A stretch of DNA of 64,000 nucleotides from Antedon mediterranea (taxonomy: Eukaryota; Animalia; Echinodermata): the NCBI RefSeq assembly GCF_964355755.1, contig NC_092675.1:21982912-22046911 (forward strand), given 5' to 3'. This document shows, in pieces, positions 11,101 through 22,655 of the stretch (within the stretch, counting starts at the first letter, position 1; every line of letters starts with the position of its first letter). The notes under the pieces are model-generated. The model ran no database searches, had not been told where the DNA came from, and saw nothing but the letters and a program-made list of their open reading frames with translations. Made by a program: the position numbers and the translations under genes.

Positions 11101-14100
11101 TTACTTCCGACAGAAGGTATTAAATAAATCTGATGAATAAAGCTCTGTCTACAATTTAAGGGACAAAAAAATGTGATGTGCCTATATTTGAACATGGTGA
11201 TGTCATATCACTACAATATTTGGACACATCACACTTTCTTTCTCCTGTAGACAGAGCTTTATTTTAGATGATTCTTACTTCCAATAATGTATTCAATATG
11301 TTCAGCATAAACGCTTTTAATCATTGTCATTATCAAGTAATTTAATATACATTTAATATCTACAACAGTATATGTAAAAGTTCAAAGTACAGTAATGCTT
11401 TGTCATTGATCTTGTCAATGTATAGTGACTTATAATTATTTCTTGTTAAATAAATTGAAGACAATTTTTTATTTGCGCTGGAGGGGAAAATACAATTGAT
11501 ACCAAAACAGATTGTAAAACTGTTTTTAGGATACAATCACAGATAGGTCTATTCTAACAATAGAACAAAAGCAGAGAATAAACCCTAATGTTCACTGGTG
11601 AATTCATTGAGTTTATTTTATAAAGGAAAATAAGTACATGATACTATATTATAAAAACACCTTGGAAACACCACTGTAATTGCACTGGTGTTAACTCTGT
11701 ATTTAGGTCTGTTTCATTAACCGATGGTTGCTACTGTAGTTCAAATTTGATAAAACTTTCGTAATGTTGTGTTTTTGTAACTTTTTATTTGAAATAATTA
11801 TTGTTTTGTGAAGTGTATGAAAATGACTTAACCTTTGTTTTGTGAACGCTTTTTCGGTGATAGAGAGCACACTATTATTTTGGCCCATATTGAAGATATA
11901 AATGTAACATAATATTTTAAATATAAGTTTTACCAAGTATAATGTTATGAAATCCGGTCTAAATCTCGGTCTACACTATCAAACTTAATGCGACAAAAAA
12001 ATATGATGTGCCTTTGATGATGTTGTATCACCTTATTTGGGCATATTTCTACCATATTTGGGCACATTACACTTTTTTGTAAAACAGACAGCTTAACATG
12101 ACATAAAAAGACAAGTATTCTTTTGGTTTTTTTTTAAGGTGACAAGGCAGTGGAAAGGTTGCTGAAATGCGATAAAGATGATCCCTACGAAGTACTAGGC
12201 GTATCAGCTCGTTCACCAGATGATGATGTCAAAAAATACTATCGTAAACAATGTATTCTGGTGCATCCTGATAAGGTAATTGTCATGATTTGGAAATAAA
12301 ACCCCTTTCATCTCCAGACGTTCCATCCTCTGTTCCGAGAGCCTCCCAAATTTTTATCTAGTCTCCAGATTATTTACAAAATCTTCCGAAATTTTGGTTT
12401 AATTTTTCAAACCCATGTTTATGTGACAAAAACATGTAATGTGCCCATATATTTATTTTATTTATTCTTTCTTTAAACTGAAATACACTTTCAATACAAA
12501 TGTACTGATTTCCAAAGTGGTTCAGTAAACATATTTACAACAAAAATAAAATATAAAAGAAAAACAAAAAGAAAGAAAACAGATATAAAACTATTTAAAA
12601 TTGTGAAGGTAAAAAGGTTAATACATATATGTTTTCTATAGTGAAGATTTAAAAGTTATATGGACATGATGTCTACCATATTTGGACATATCACTATCAT
12701 ATTTGAACACATCACACTTTTTTTGTCTAAAACTAGTTTAACAGTGTAGACAGAGCTTTATGCTAGAACATTTTTTCACTGTTATTTCTATTTTATAGAA
12801 TACAATGGAAGGAGCTGAGGAGGCATTCAAGATATTGCATCGTGCATTTGAAGTAATTGGTGATCCAGTATGTCAGTTTTATATATTTACTATTAAATAA
12901 TATTGTTTTTTATTGTAATTTCTATATACTATTATACTGTATTCAGCAAGCATACTAAAATACAATACCCGAAAGTGAGAATTTCTAAAATACTGTCATT
13001 GTATGCTGTTTATACTCGTATACTGTATTCGTTACTATACAATATAATATCAGAGAGACGTATAGATTGAAACAAAATGCCATGATAGAGATATAAAATA
13101 GACCTGGAAATATAGAAATAGGGCTATAGGGTATTATTTTCAATGAATATAGTTAATAAATATTACTAATAGTTGTTGTATTTACGGATTTATACTCGTG
13201 AGAATTGGGATTAGTAGGTTAAACACATGAACAGTTTTGCACGAAGATTTAACTATACCTATACTGTATTAAGAGTTTGGAAGTCAATTTGTTATGCCTC
13301 TAAGTCTCTTCCATGAACTCTGCAGCAGTCTCATCATGGAAAAGGGCCTGTCTTGTAGAAAACTGTCCCCATCTTCCTTAACTGTACCCTGCAGGAACTC
13401 ATGCTACTGACTTTTTTCCTCTAGGCTAAACGAGCTGGGTTTCATGAAGCAATAATAGAACACGCTCAGAAAGAAATGTTCCAAGTAAGAATTGTTTGTT
13501 TTCTAATCTTCATTTCTATATATTTTGTTTTTTCTAATTGAAGTACTTAAGTACTGTAAATGCTTTTTTTACTTGCATTTAAAATATTTCTGTGTTCCAA
13601 ACATGAGGAAACTTTCCCTCTTACCAAATTTCCAACTTTTGAACCAGGTTTTGCCTGACCTTGATAGTGACAGCCTTAATGACTTTACTCAGCATGTGAC
13701 CCCATTAAATGCTAAATGGATTAAAGCATGTAAGCTATCTAGGTATTTCCTGTGAACTTTTTTACTGAACATTAAAAAAAAGGCAGCAACCAAAACACAG
13801 CCCACGAATTTCACGTCGGCAATCGGCAATTGCCGACCTTATTGCCGACCTTAAATTGTCAGAGGACGGCAAGAGATTGCCGACCTAGAAACTAGGCTAG
13901 ATCCCTCCTTTCAAGCCTCCTAGCAACAACATGGTACTTTAAGGGATCGTATCATTGAAATTTTAACAGGCATATTCACCACCATGTTGTGTTTAGTTAA
14001 CAAACCATGGAATTAAGATGATCCCTGAATTCACTCAACCATTACATCATTTTGTGTGTGAGCTGGCATGCTTTCCTATCAAAACCAAGCTGGCTGGGCA

Positions 14101-17100
14101 CAGCGCGCTGCGCGACAGACCTGTGTAGGGGAATACCCTGTTATGCCAAGCAAGCAACTATGCTCTGTGTACGGCTAGCTCCAGAACCATGATGTTCAGC
14201 AATTATCAAATAGAATTTATCTTGTAAATTTTAGTGTTAGGTTTTTATATTTTAGTTAATTTTCTTTTTGCATAACATATAGCTAGGGAGGCTAGGTTAG
14301 CAAGAGGTTAGGCCTTGGTGAATTTTCTATTTTTTGAACTGCCGAGACTGCCGACCTTGGCGAATTTAAGGTCGGCAATTTTTTGCCGACCTTCTTTTTT
14401 CTGAATTTCGTGGGCTGAAAACACTAAACAAAATAGAACTGAAACGAATATAAAGTAACAAAATCCAAATATTTATTCATTTATATAACAACATATTTAT
14501 AATATATATATATAGGACGAAACGACTTCTCACGATCGGTATAGGCTTGGCCGGCCTTATTGCTAGGCTAAGGTCGATTGTAATTAAGTACTCAATCCAT
14601 CATATCGTAGCCTACGAAAATCTAACGAAGATACATGGCAGTCCATACGTGGAACTCCTAGGCTAAATATCGGATTAACTGTAACAAAATGTGTTAAATA
14701 AGGTTTTATTTACATACTCGAGCGAGTGACTTCCATGACATAATACCACTACTAGGCCTAGGCCCGGCCTAAAATATTCATTTTTTTTATATGAATGCTT
14801 CGCCTCATCTTGGCTTTCTTCGGCATTATTTTCAAAATACTGTACACATGTTTGATGGAAAGCCCACATCACACGTGTTTTGTCGCGACAATTGTTTTGT
14901 TTTTGTTTTTTGTACCTACGCTACAATAAAGTAGTAATGTATATACTGTAAACAAAATTAATTGTTCGATTTTATATTTTAATACATCTTAAATAAAGGC
15001 AAAGGTATTAAAAACTACATACAGTATTGTTTTTAAAGACATTTTATTATTAATATTAATACATGATAATTCAAAAACAAATCACTGTACCACGCTTGTA
15101 AAATATTCATACGCCAAGACCTCGTGTGTCGTCTCTCTGGCCGGCTCGATTCTCTCCACAGCCTGGAAATCGTGATTTTTCAACGAATTCTAACTTCGCG
15201 TAGAATTAATCAATTTTTACGATTTGAAATTGCTGATATATCACTTTTTCTTTTTATTCATGGTTAAACAAATGATATTACTATTATTTTATAGAAAAAC
15301 ACATTTTCAAACATTCAGTCACTTCATTTGACCATGAGAGAGTAATTTGATCGGACACATTTTCCCAGTGATTTATTGACACTTCGTAAGGTCGCGCGGC
15401 CTAGTCTTTTGATGTGTAATGCGATTAGATCGATTAGACTCAGGCAAAACCTGGTTTCAGTACCCGTCTAAAGCATCATTTGACGGGTAGAGTGGTAAGA
15501 GGGAAAGTTTCGGCATGAGAAATGCATCTATAATTATCAACTTAGTATATTGAGTACAATATAGCGAGAATATTGTAGTAGGTGATGGAAAGTCTGGTAG
15601 AGATTACACAGAAATGTGTGGAGAAGTTAATATCAATCAATTCTAATGCTTTGTTCAACAGCATCTATGTATAGATTGTATTCATTGATCTCTTCTCTAT
15701 GGTACATTATGGTATCATGTTTTATCAATAAATCACTATATATTTTTTACTATGGTTGTTTTATCATTCAACAGAAAGAATTTACAGAGCAGTTCAGGAA
15801 GATTAGAAAAGTACTTGAGGTAATATTAACATAATGTGACGTCATCAAAGAGACAGGATAGAATTTTGATGAAATTTATGATAATAGTTTTAGTGGTGAT
15901 GATATTGCTCAAGATTAATTTGGTGATATGATATTGTGTACTGTTGTTGGTAGTATGGATAATGATTCTCCCTATGCTCATGGTAGATTATGGTTTTAGG
16001 GGTGATGATTATGGTGGTGGTGGTGGTGGTGGTGGTGATGATGATGGTGGTGGTGGCGGTAGTAGTATTGGTGATATAACTGTGAAGATGGTGGTCATGA
16101 TTTTGGTTATAATAGTGGCGGTCGTGGTGATAGTTGTGGTGATGATGATATTAGTATTAGTATAACATATAATTCTGACATTAAATGAATGGCACTAATA
16201 TATCGTATAGTGGTTGGATGCCCTTTATTTGATCTCTGTTCTCTAATTTAACTAAAGTAGTACATGTGCTCCACGTTGTCTCTCCATTTCTCTTATATTT
16301 TGTTTACCTCTCTATATGACCTTATGGTCTATACCATTATATATATCACATATAATGATGATATTGATAGTGGTGATTTGATGATGGTGGTAATTACAAT
16401 GATTGTGGCAGTGGGTATGATTATGGTACAAATTGTACAAGAGTTGAAAATAATAACATGATTGTGGAGACAATAAATACAAAAAGTTTAAAAACAAATA
16501 GTAATTTTCTGTGTTTTTTGTTCTTTTAGGAAAGAGAAAATATGATAAACTGTGTAGTATGTGGAGGGACACATAAAAGATATGTGACTGATAGACCAGT
16601 GTATGCTGCAAGATATTGTGCTAGGCATGATGCAAGGCATGCTGCAACAGAAGTAAGTGTGCATTGATTTTGTTGTTGTCTCTTTTGTATTGTATTCAAA
16701 TTCAAAATAATCATCCATTCAATATCAGCATACTGTAGATGATTAAGCACCATAATTAAAATAAGCAACACAGAGGGCATAAATGTATTTTCAATATTTT
16801 CGTGCATACATGCAAGCCAACAAGATAATATATGTATTCTATGATGCCTTAGGCTCACATCTTGGCACATCAAGCAAAGAAAGTTTGGACCCCAAACTGT
16901 GAATCTAGGAATCTCAAAACTATGCACCTTCTACCACCACAAACTTTGAACTTCAACCTTGCACTCTAATTTTGCAACTTGCTTATAATATTTTATATGT
17001 GTAGTTTATCATAGCTATGCTGAAATTATAATGTTTCTTAATTGAATATCAATAGTTAAAGGTTTCCAGAACATAATTGATAAATTATTATTAATTTGAG

Positions 17101-18454
17101 GGGAGAAAGATTGTGAAAGTGTAATTTTTGTATTATGTATTACTGTAATGTTTTTGTAATAACTTAGGGGGATATTTGGGCAGAGTCAACACATTTTGGA
17201 TTTCGTTGGCATTTCTACACATGTATGGATCATAAGATTTATGATGTCACAGAATGGGCCAAATGTCAGGTTAGTAGCTTTTCTCTTAATTTGATTTTGC
17301 GTGCATTAACACATGGTATTGAAATCTGATATCATATACCATTAAAGGTCCATATAGCAGCTAGAACAAATAAGAATTTGGTAGATATAATTGTGAAGTA
17401 GAACAAATTTATTAGGAATTTGATATGTTACTTAGATATATTGTATGTATCTCTACATGCAAATCAGATTATTGTCTAGACCATTATGGCCAATCAACAA
17501 TTGACCTTTATGTTTTGGACAAAAATGGACCTCCAACATGCATCCGTAAAAATGGATGTACATCTATAGACAATACGTACCTACTTGCTTATTATCAGGA
17601 CCAACGGTTTTTCATGAACAATACACTTGTTATTCATGACTTCATCCTTGTAACATCAGAAGAAATAATAGCGTATGAAATGTTTATTTTTTAGAATTTA
17701 GGACAGATGCAGAGTAATGCTCATGCAGTTCGGTATCGGTTTGACATAAGGAAAAATCGTAATCGTCCAGCTCCACCGCAACCACCACCTGACTTTAAGT
17801 AAGTATAACTTATAGTTATATAAGTATAACAGTTATTATATATATTTACAGACCTAAATAAAAATTCTGCCCGCTGATATACTGAATATCAATAAATTGA
17901 CTTTCAAACAATAAAGATTAGGAAATCTGTGAAAATGAGAAAAAGATGCCCTAATCTGCATGTTTTCTCTTATCTGTTGTTTTTAATAAATATAAGGATC
18001 AAGATTCATTTGTGTTTCAGCTGCCACCATTTTTCAGGTCATTGTTATTTTTCCACATAAAGTAACTGATAAAAAAAGGTCATAAGAAAGGCCTTGTTAC
18101 AGTCCTTGTTTATGTGTGGAATCTCAAGTAAGCCAAAAATGGGCTTTGAGGCCGAGTTTCCAAAACAGGACTAAATCTTCTGTAAGACGAACGAGTTCCT
18201 GGATTGTTAAAGGATTCCCCAAATGAATGTTATATTTACTTACAATAGATAATTGAACTATATGAATTCTATAAGATAATATAAATCTTGATATATTTTA
18301 ATATTACAGTGACGAGGAATTTTTTGAGGAATTGTTTCGTCAAGCTCAAAACTATGAAAGAAGCCAAACTACACAAAACACTCCTAACAGTAACACAAAC
18401 ACCAACCACCAAAGGAAGCATAAGAAGAAACACAGAAAGAAAAAAGGGTTTTAA
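8109..18454 (+). CDS. DNAJC14: DnaJ homolog subfamily C member 14 (JIV/DRiP78-like) co-chaperone, 11 coding exons, ~964 aa
   Basis: Exons 8109-9951, 10165-10270, 10956(or 10962)-11116, 12139-12275, 12799-12867, 13425-13484, 15775-15819, 16530-16652, 17168-17269, 17695-17798, 18310-18454; all GT-AG and phase-consistent. Hydrophobic segment LVWFLGFLFFLFLVLLSFAF; NILLPTEGDKAVERLL; J-domain DPYEVLGV...YYRKQCILVHPDK...AEEAFKIL; Jiv90 CVVCGGTH...ARYCARHDARH..EGDIWAES...KIYDVTEWAKCQ; basic C-terminus. Confidence 0.95.
8730..9520 (+). repeat. Coding minisatellite, ~105-114 nt unit, ~8 copies
   Basis: Protein repeat NV(S/T)PHRLSSS.DQGCP.ISKN.SSLGKRE..NS.E within the 622-aa ORF. Confidence 0.9.
10782..12757. 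mobile_element. Four copies of a ~120-140 bp Harbinger-like MITE (AGCTCTGTCTACAC TIR) at ~10782-10898, 11141-11258, 11964-12093, 12420-12757
   Basis: Shared TIR AGCTCTGTCTACACTA / TAGTGTAGACAGAGCT and internal GTGATGTGCCC..ATATGG. The last copy is split by a LINE-tail-like insert (~12451-12650). Confidence 0.75.
13798..14417. mobile_element. Non-autonomous DNA transposon with 6-bp TSD (hAT-like, possibly hAT6-type)
   Basis: 16-bp TIR CAGCCCACGAA(T/A)TTCA, flanking direct repeat AAAACA (13792-13797, 14418-14423) and subterminal TTGCCGACCT repeats at both ends. Confidence 0.8.
14500..15500 (+). mobile_element. Possible non-autonomous Helitron-like element
   Basis: Begins with a TATATATATA run, is CpG-richer than its flanks and ends with hairpin TACCCGTC-13nt-GACGGGTA (15461-15489). 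No clean terminal CTAG is seen. Confidence 0.35.
15885..16465. repeat. Low-complexity (GGT/GAT)n region
   Basis: A (GGT)n run at ~16013-16060 sits within degenerate GRT triplets; intronic. Confidence 0.8.
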
Positions 18455-18592
18455 CATGTTATCACAAAATGATGTGTTAATATATAGTGTAATATGAATG
18501 CAGTACCAGAGATGATCGAACAAGTGTCACAGGGCTTATAAGATTTGATTAGGTTCTGTGAGATTTAGCACATTCGACTGTGAATCATATAA

Positions 18593-18940
18593 AGGCCCAT
18601 TTACACTAAGGCGATAACGATCGACGATAAAAAGATAAATATGCATTTTTCATACCTAAAACAAATGAATTTAAAACAGTTTTCATCCTAGAACTATAGA
18701 TTATCATCTATGCTGCCTTTAATGAAAATAATATTTCCACACGTCCAATCAAATGACGTCATGATTAAGTAAGTAATAATATCATGACAATACAACACAA
18801 TTTTTTTAAATGAAATACAGCACAAATGATTATCCTATAGTTTTAGAACGAAAACTGTTCTAATTTTCTTTGTTTATGAATGAAAAATGTGTGTTTATCT
18901 ATTTATCGTCGATCGTTATCACCCTAGTGTAAATGGGCCT
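18593..18940. mobile_element. Harbinger-like MITE with ~120-bp imperfect TIRs, 140 nt after the DNAJC14 stop
   Basis: AGGCCCATTTACACTA.G.GATAACGATCGACGATAAA.AGATAAA... is mirrored at the right end. TAA TSD at 18590-18592 and 18941-18943. Confidence 0.85.
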
Positions 18941-19057
18941 TAAGACTGCATGTTTATCTAATACCCCTTTCACATCAGCTAGCGTTTACACACTCACCAC
19001 AGCATCAACACCTGTTTTTTATATGGTGTACGTCCCATGTGTAAAATCTGGAGTTGA

Positions 19058-19725
19058 ATCGGTATTAGTATAAGCTTTTTAGAAAGTTATAATTTCATTA
19101 GGTGTTTCCATGATTAAGATAACTTCCAGAGAGTTTAAAAAGTACAATACATTTCTTGTAAAAAGAAAACCAAAGAAATACTTATTATTATACTTATTGC
19201 AGTTTTGATTCTACAGCGGCGCTTTCATGAACCACATCAAGTTTGGTTTGACTGTGAGATGCTTATTCGATCATTTATGACATTTTTTATGATGGAAAAT
19301 GAGTTTTGGTGGCAACAAAATATTATGAAAAGAGAAAGTTATATAAAAAAGGATCATCATAAAAAATGCCAAGGGAGAGAATAGATGTAAATAGTGATGA
19401 TTTGATGATTAAAATAACCTGATCGGTATTAGTATAAGCTTTTTAGCAAGTTATAATTTCATTAGGTGTTTCCATGAAAACCAAAGAAATACTTGTACCT
19501 ATTGCAGTTTTGATTCTACAGCGGCGCTTTCCAGAACCACATCAAGTTTGGTTTGACTGTGAGATGCTTATTCGATCATTTATGACATTTTTTATGATGG
19601 AAAATGAGTTTTGGTGGCAACAAAATATTATGAAAAGAGAAAGTTATATAAAAAAGGATCATAGAAAATGCCAAGGGAGAGAATAGATGTAAATAGTGAT
19701 GATTTGATGATTAAAATAACCTGAT
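19058..19725. repeat. Recent tandem duplication (~364 bp + ~304 bp copy)
   Basis: ATCGGTATTAGTATAAGCTTTTTAG... starts at ~19058 and ~19423. Both copies end GATGATTAAAATAACCTGATC; the second lacks ~60 bp. Confidence 0.92.
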
Positions 19726-20552
19726 CATGGTAACAATTTGTCTTTCTTTAAACTATACTGACAATTTCAGGTGCTGTTTTTTGCTTGAGCAGGCCAGTAA
19801 ATTTATTTATATTGATTTTCAATTTATTATTTAATCACAGATTCTTTTTTATAGCAATACGTTTAATATAATTTAGTGTTATTGTATCAACCATGTATGC
19901 AGAGGGCTTCTGAGGCATTTTAAAGTCATGAGTGCCTCACTCAATTACTGATGAGTGTCTCACTCAATTCCTGTTGAGTGCCTCACTCAGTTGACGTGAG
20001 TGCCTAAAAAAATCAATTGCGATCACTATGTTAATTTTGTTGCATAGAAAATAATAATAAATGTGTATGTTAATATAAAGCTGTAGTAGTTCTGAAAAGA
20101 ACTGTTGAGTTTCTCGACTTTATGATCAATGGACTTTGATTGTCCTCTGGAGTGAGAACGAAACTGTCACAAAACTCAACAGTTATTTTCAGAATTACAT
20201 ACGTGGTGTACCACAAACTTTAAATCAACAAATTTATTTCGCCATGCAAACATTCAAACATAAATTAAATTTTTGCTTTAGTATTTCTGGTAGGGTATTG
20301 CTACTTAAGAAGCTTTGTGTGCCTTGAACAGCTTAAGATCAAGTCATTTTGTGAAGTTTATCAAACCAAATGTTTAAATTGCTCCAAACTGAATTTTGTT
20401 CTTATGTAATTTTACAGTAAGAAGATTATGCCAGTTAATTTAAGAGCTGTAATTATGATGATATTGTATAATTATGTGTGCATTAATAGGGCTCACCACA
20501 TTGAACCAAGTATAATATTCCATGTTTTTAAATTGTTTTCGCCCTTAATTAA

Positions 20553-20693
20553 AGCTCTGTCTACACTATCAAACTAGTTTGACAAAAAAAGTGTGATGTG
20601 CCCATTTTATATGGTAGTGAAATTACATCATCGTGTCCATATATGGGAACATCACATTTTTGTCACATAAAGTTTGATAGTGTAGACAGAGCT
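20553..20693. mobile_element. Harbinger-like MITE (AGCTCTGTCTACAC family); further copies at 22038-22145 and ~27190-27356
   Basis: Perfect TIR AGCTCTGTCTACACTATCAAACT / AGTTTGATAGTGTAGACAGAGCT with TWA flanks. Confidence 0.85.
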
Positions 20694-22655
20694 TTAGGCT
20701 TGGTTTCAGATACCATGAGTTACATGATAAGCCCTGGGTCAGGTAGAGATTTCCATGGTTTTAAAAATAACATGCATGATGGTAGGTCAAACGTTTATAT
20801 CAAGCTCCTATATAATGTTTTTATAGTTCCTCTAAAGTTAAAAATTATCATGGTGCTTTTTTATATCAAAATCTCCAGTCTACCTCCATTTAAAACAAAC
20901 CGCCCTCTGGTATAAACTTCAATGGAATTTTAAAGCCTGCATGAATTAGTTTTGTAGATGTAAATCAAAATGTCAATGGCTCTAAATTTCTCTAATTTTT
21001 ATTTTTCTCTTCTTGAGTGGCTTGGTTATTATTATTCATTCAAGAAAAAGAAAAATGTTTACAAAATATAGTACAAATCAACAAATTAAACAAACATGAC
21101 GCAAGAAGAAAATATGATCATAGTCACTAGCTGCCAGAAAAGCACAAATTGTGAAATTCTAAATTCTGTAAAATACATATGATTTTATGAATGAAAATAA
21201 TAACAAATACGTGGATGGTTAGTGATATTTGTATAGGCTAGTAAACTGAAGATTTGTGTTATGAGTTGTAGGAGATATCTTTATGAATTTTCTACTGAGA
21301 ATAGTAATAACTAATAATAATATTCAATCGTAGTTACAAAGGTTTTGATTGGCTAACTATGATTCCAGGTGATTGTTTATGTACATATAACATATTACCT
21401 ACAATGTAGTTCAGAATTATGTTGGTATCAAGAGGCTAATATTGGTTATTCACAAGCTGCACGAATTCTACGAAGAAACAGCTTATATTGGATAAACAGC
21501 TGAGTTAGACTTGGGCTAGATCTGATTGAAACTGACCGAAACTGACCATCAAAACATGTTGTGATATCGGTTTATTTGGCATTACAAACACTCATTGAAC
21601 TCTTTCAAACATTTTTCAAACACAATTTCTTAATTATAAGTTAATTATATTTGACCCTTCTTACTTTCCAAAAATAAATTCTGCAGAATCAGTAAGTAAA
21701 AGTAGATGCTTCCGATGATAGGTGCATGCGTCACAAATTCAGAAATCATATAAAGCAATAGTTTAAGTTGATTTATTTAATGCGTTTTTGTTCTGTTTAT
21801 GTATGTGCTCTTGAAGCTGAAATGTTACCATCATCTTAAAAGCAAAGGAGTAGCATGGAGTTACTCCATGGGAGTAGTAAGCACATGATGATTTTAGTGT
21901 AAATTGAACTAAACATCTGAATTTATAATTAATGTTGATAAAGTAAGAAATTGTTTAAATGTATATTATTGAAATAAATGCATAAATATGGGAAATATTT
22001 ACAAAAAAATGTGTGTACAGTAGTCTTTTTCTTCCTAAGCTCTGTCTACACTATCAACTAGTTTTACAAATGTGATGTGCCCAAATATGATAGTGATACG
22101 CCTAAATATGGTAGTCACATAAAGTTTAATAGTGTAGACAGAGCTTTGGTAAACAAAATTTGATACGAAATGCTTTTAAAAATAAAATGGTCACCATTAT
22201 CAAAATTGTGTTAATAGTTCATAACAAGTACAAATCAGTACCATATTTTATACTTTTATACTACAGTCATAAGTCCTGATTGTTGAGGTCAAGATGATTA
22301 AATTCACTGCACTTATTATAAGATATCGCGATATGGTTTGGAAAATATTTTCAAAGTAATTTTCTCTCATTTCTCAATCTCACAGATTTTTGTCATCTTA
22401 TTTCCTGTATATATCACCGAGCAGTTTAGTAGAGTTTCTCTATGCTTGCAAATTTATAGTTACATATAAAAGTGCATTTTATTTCTTTTCCCTTGTTTAT
22501 TTACTTCCCTAATATTATAAGTACAGTTCTGGACTCTAATTTTGATTGGATATTTGTTTTGTGTCAAAAGAAAGGATGATGATGCAGTAGCAAGTGACCT
22601 GTGACCTGAATTTGACATGCAGCAGACAACAAAAACAACACAAATAAAAATCATA

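Noticed and set aside
15944-16461. Gly/Val/Met-rich ORFs
   Set aside because: Low-complexity GGT/GAT intron sequence without splice or homology support.
19393-19425. C/D box snoRNA (TGATGA...CTGA)
   Set aside because: The boxes are too close together, there is no terminal stem, and the site lies in a duplicated UTR segment.
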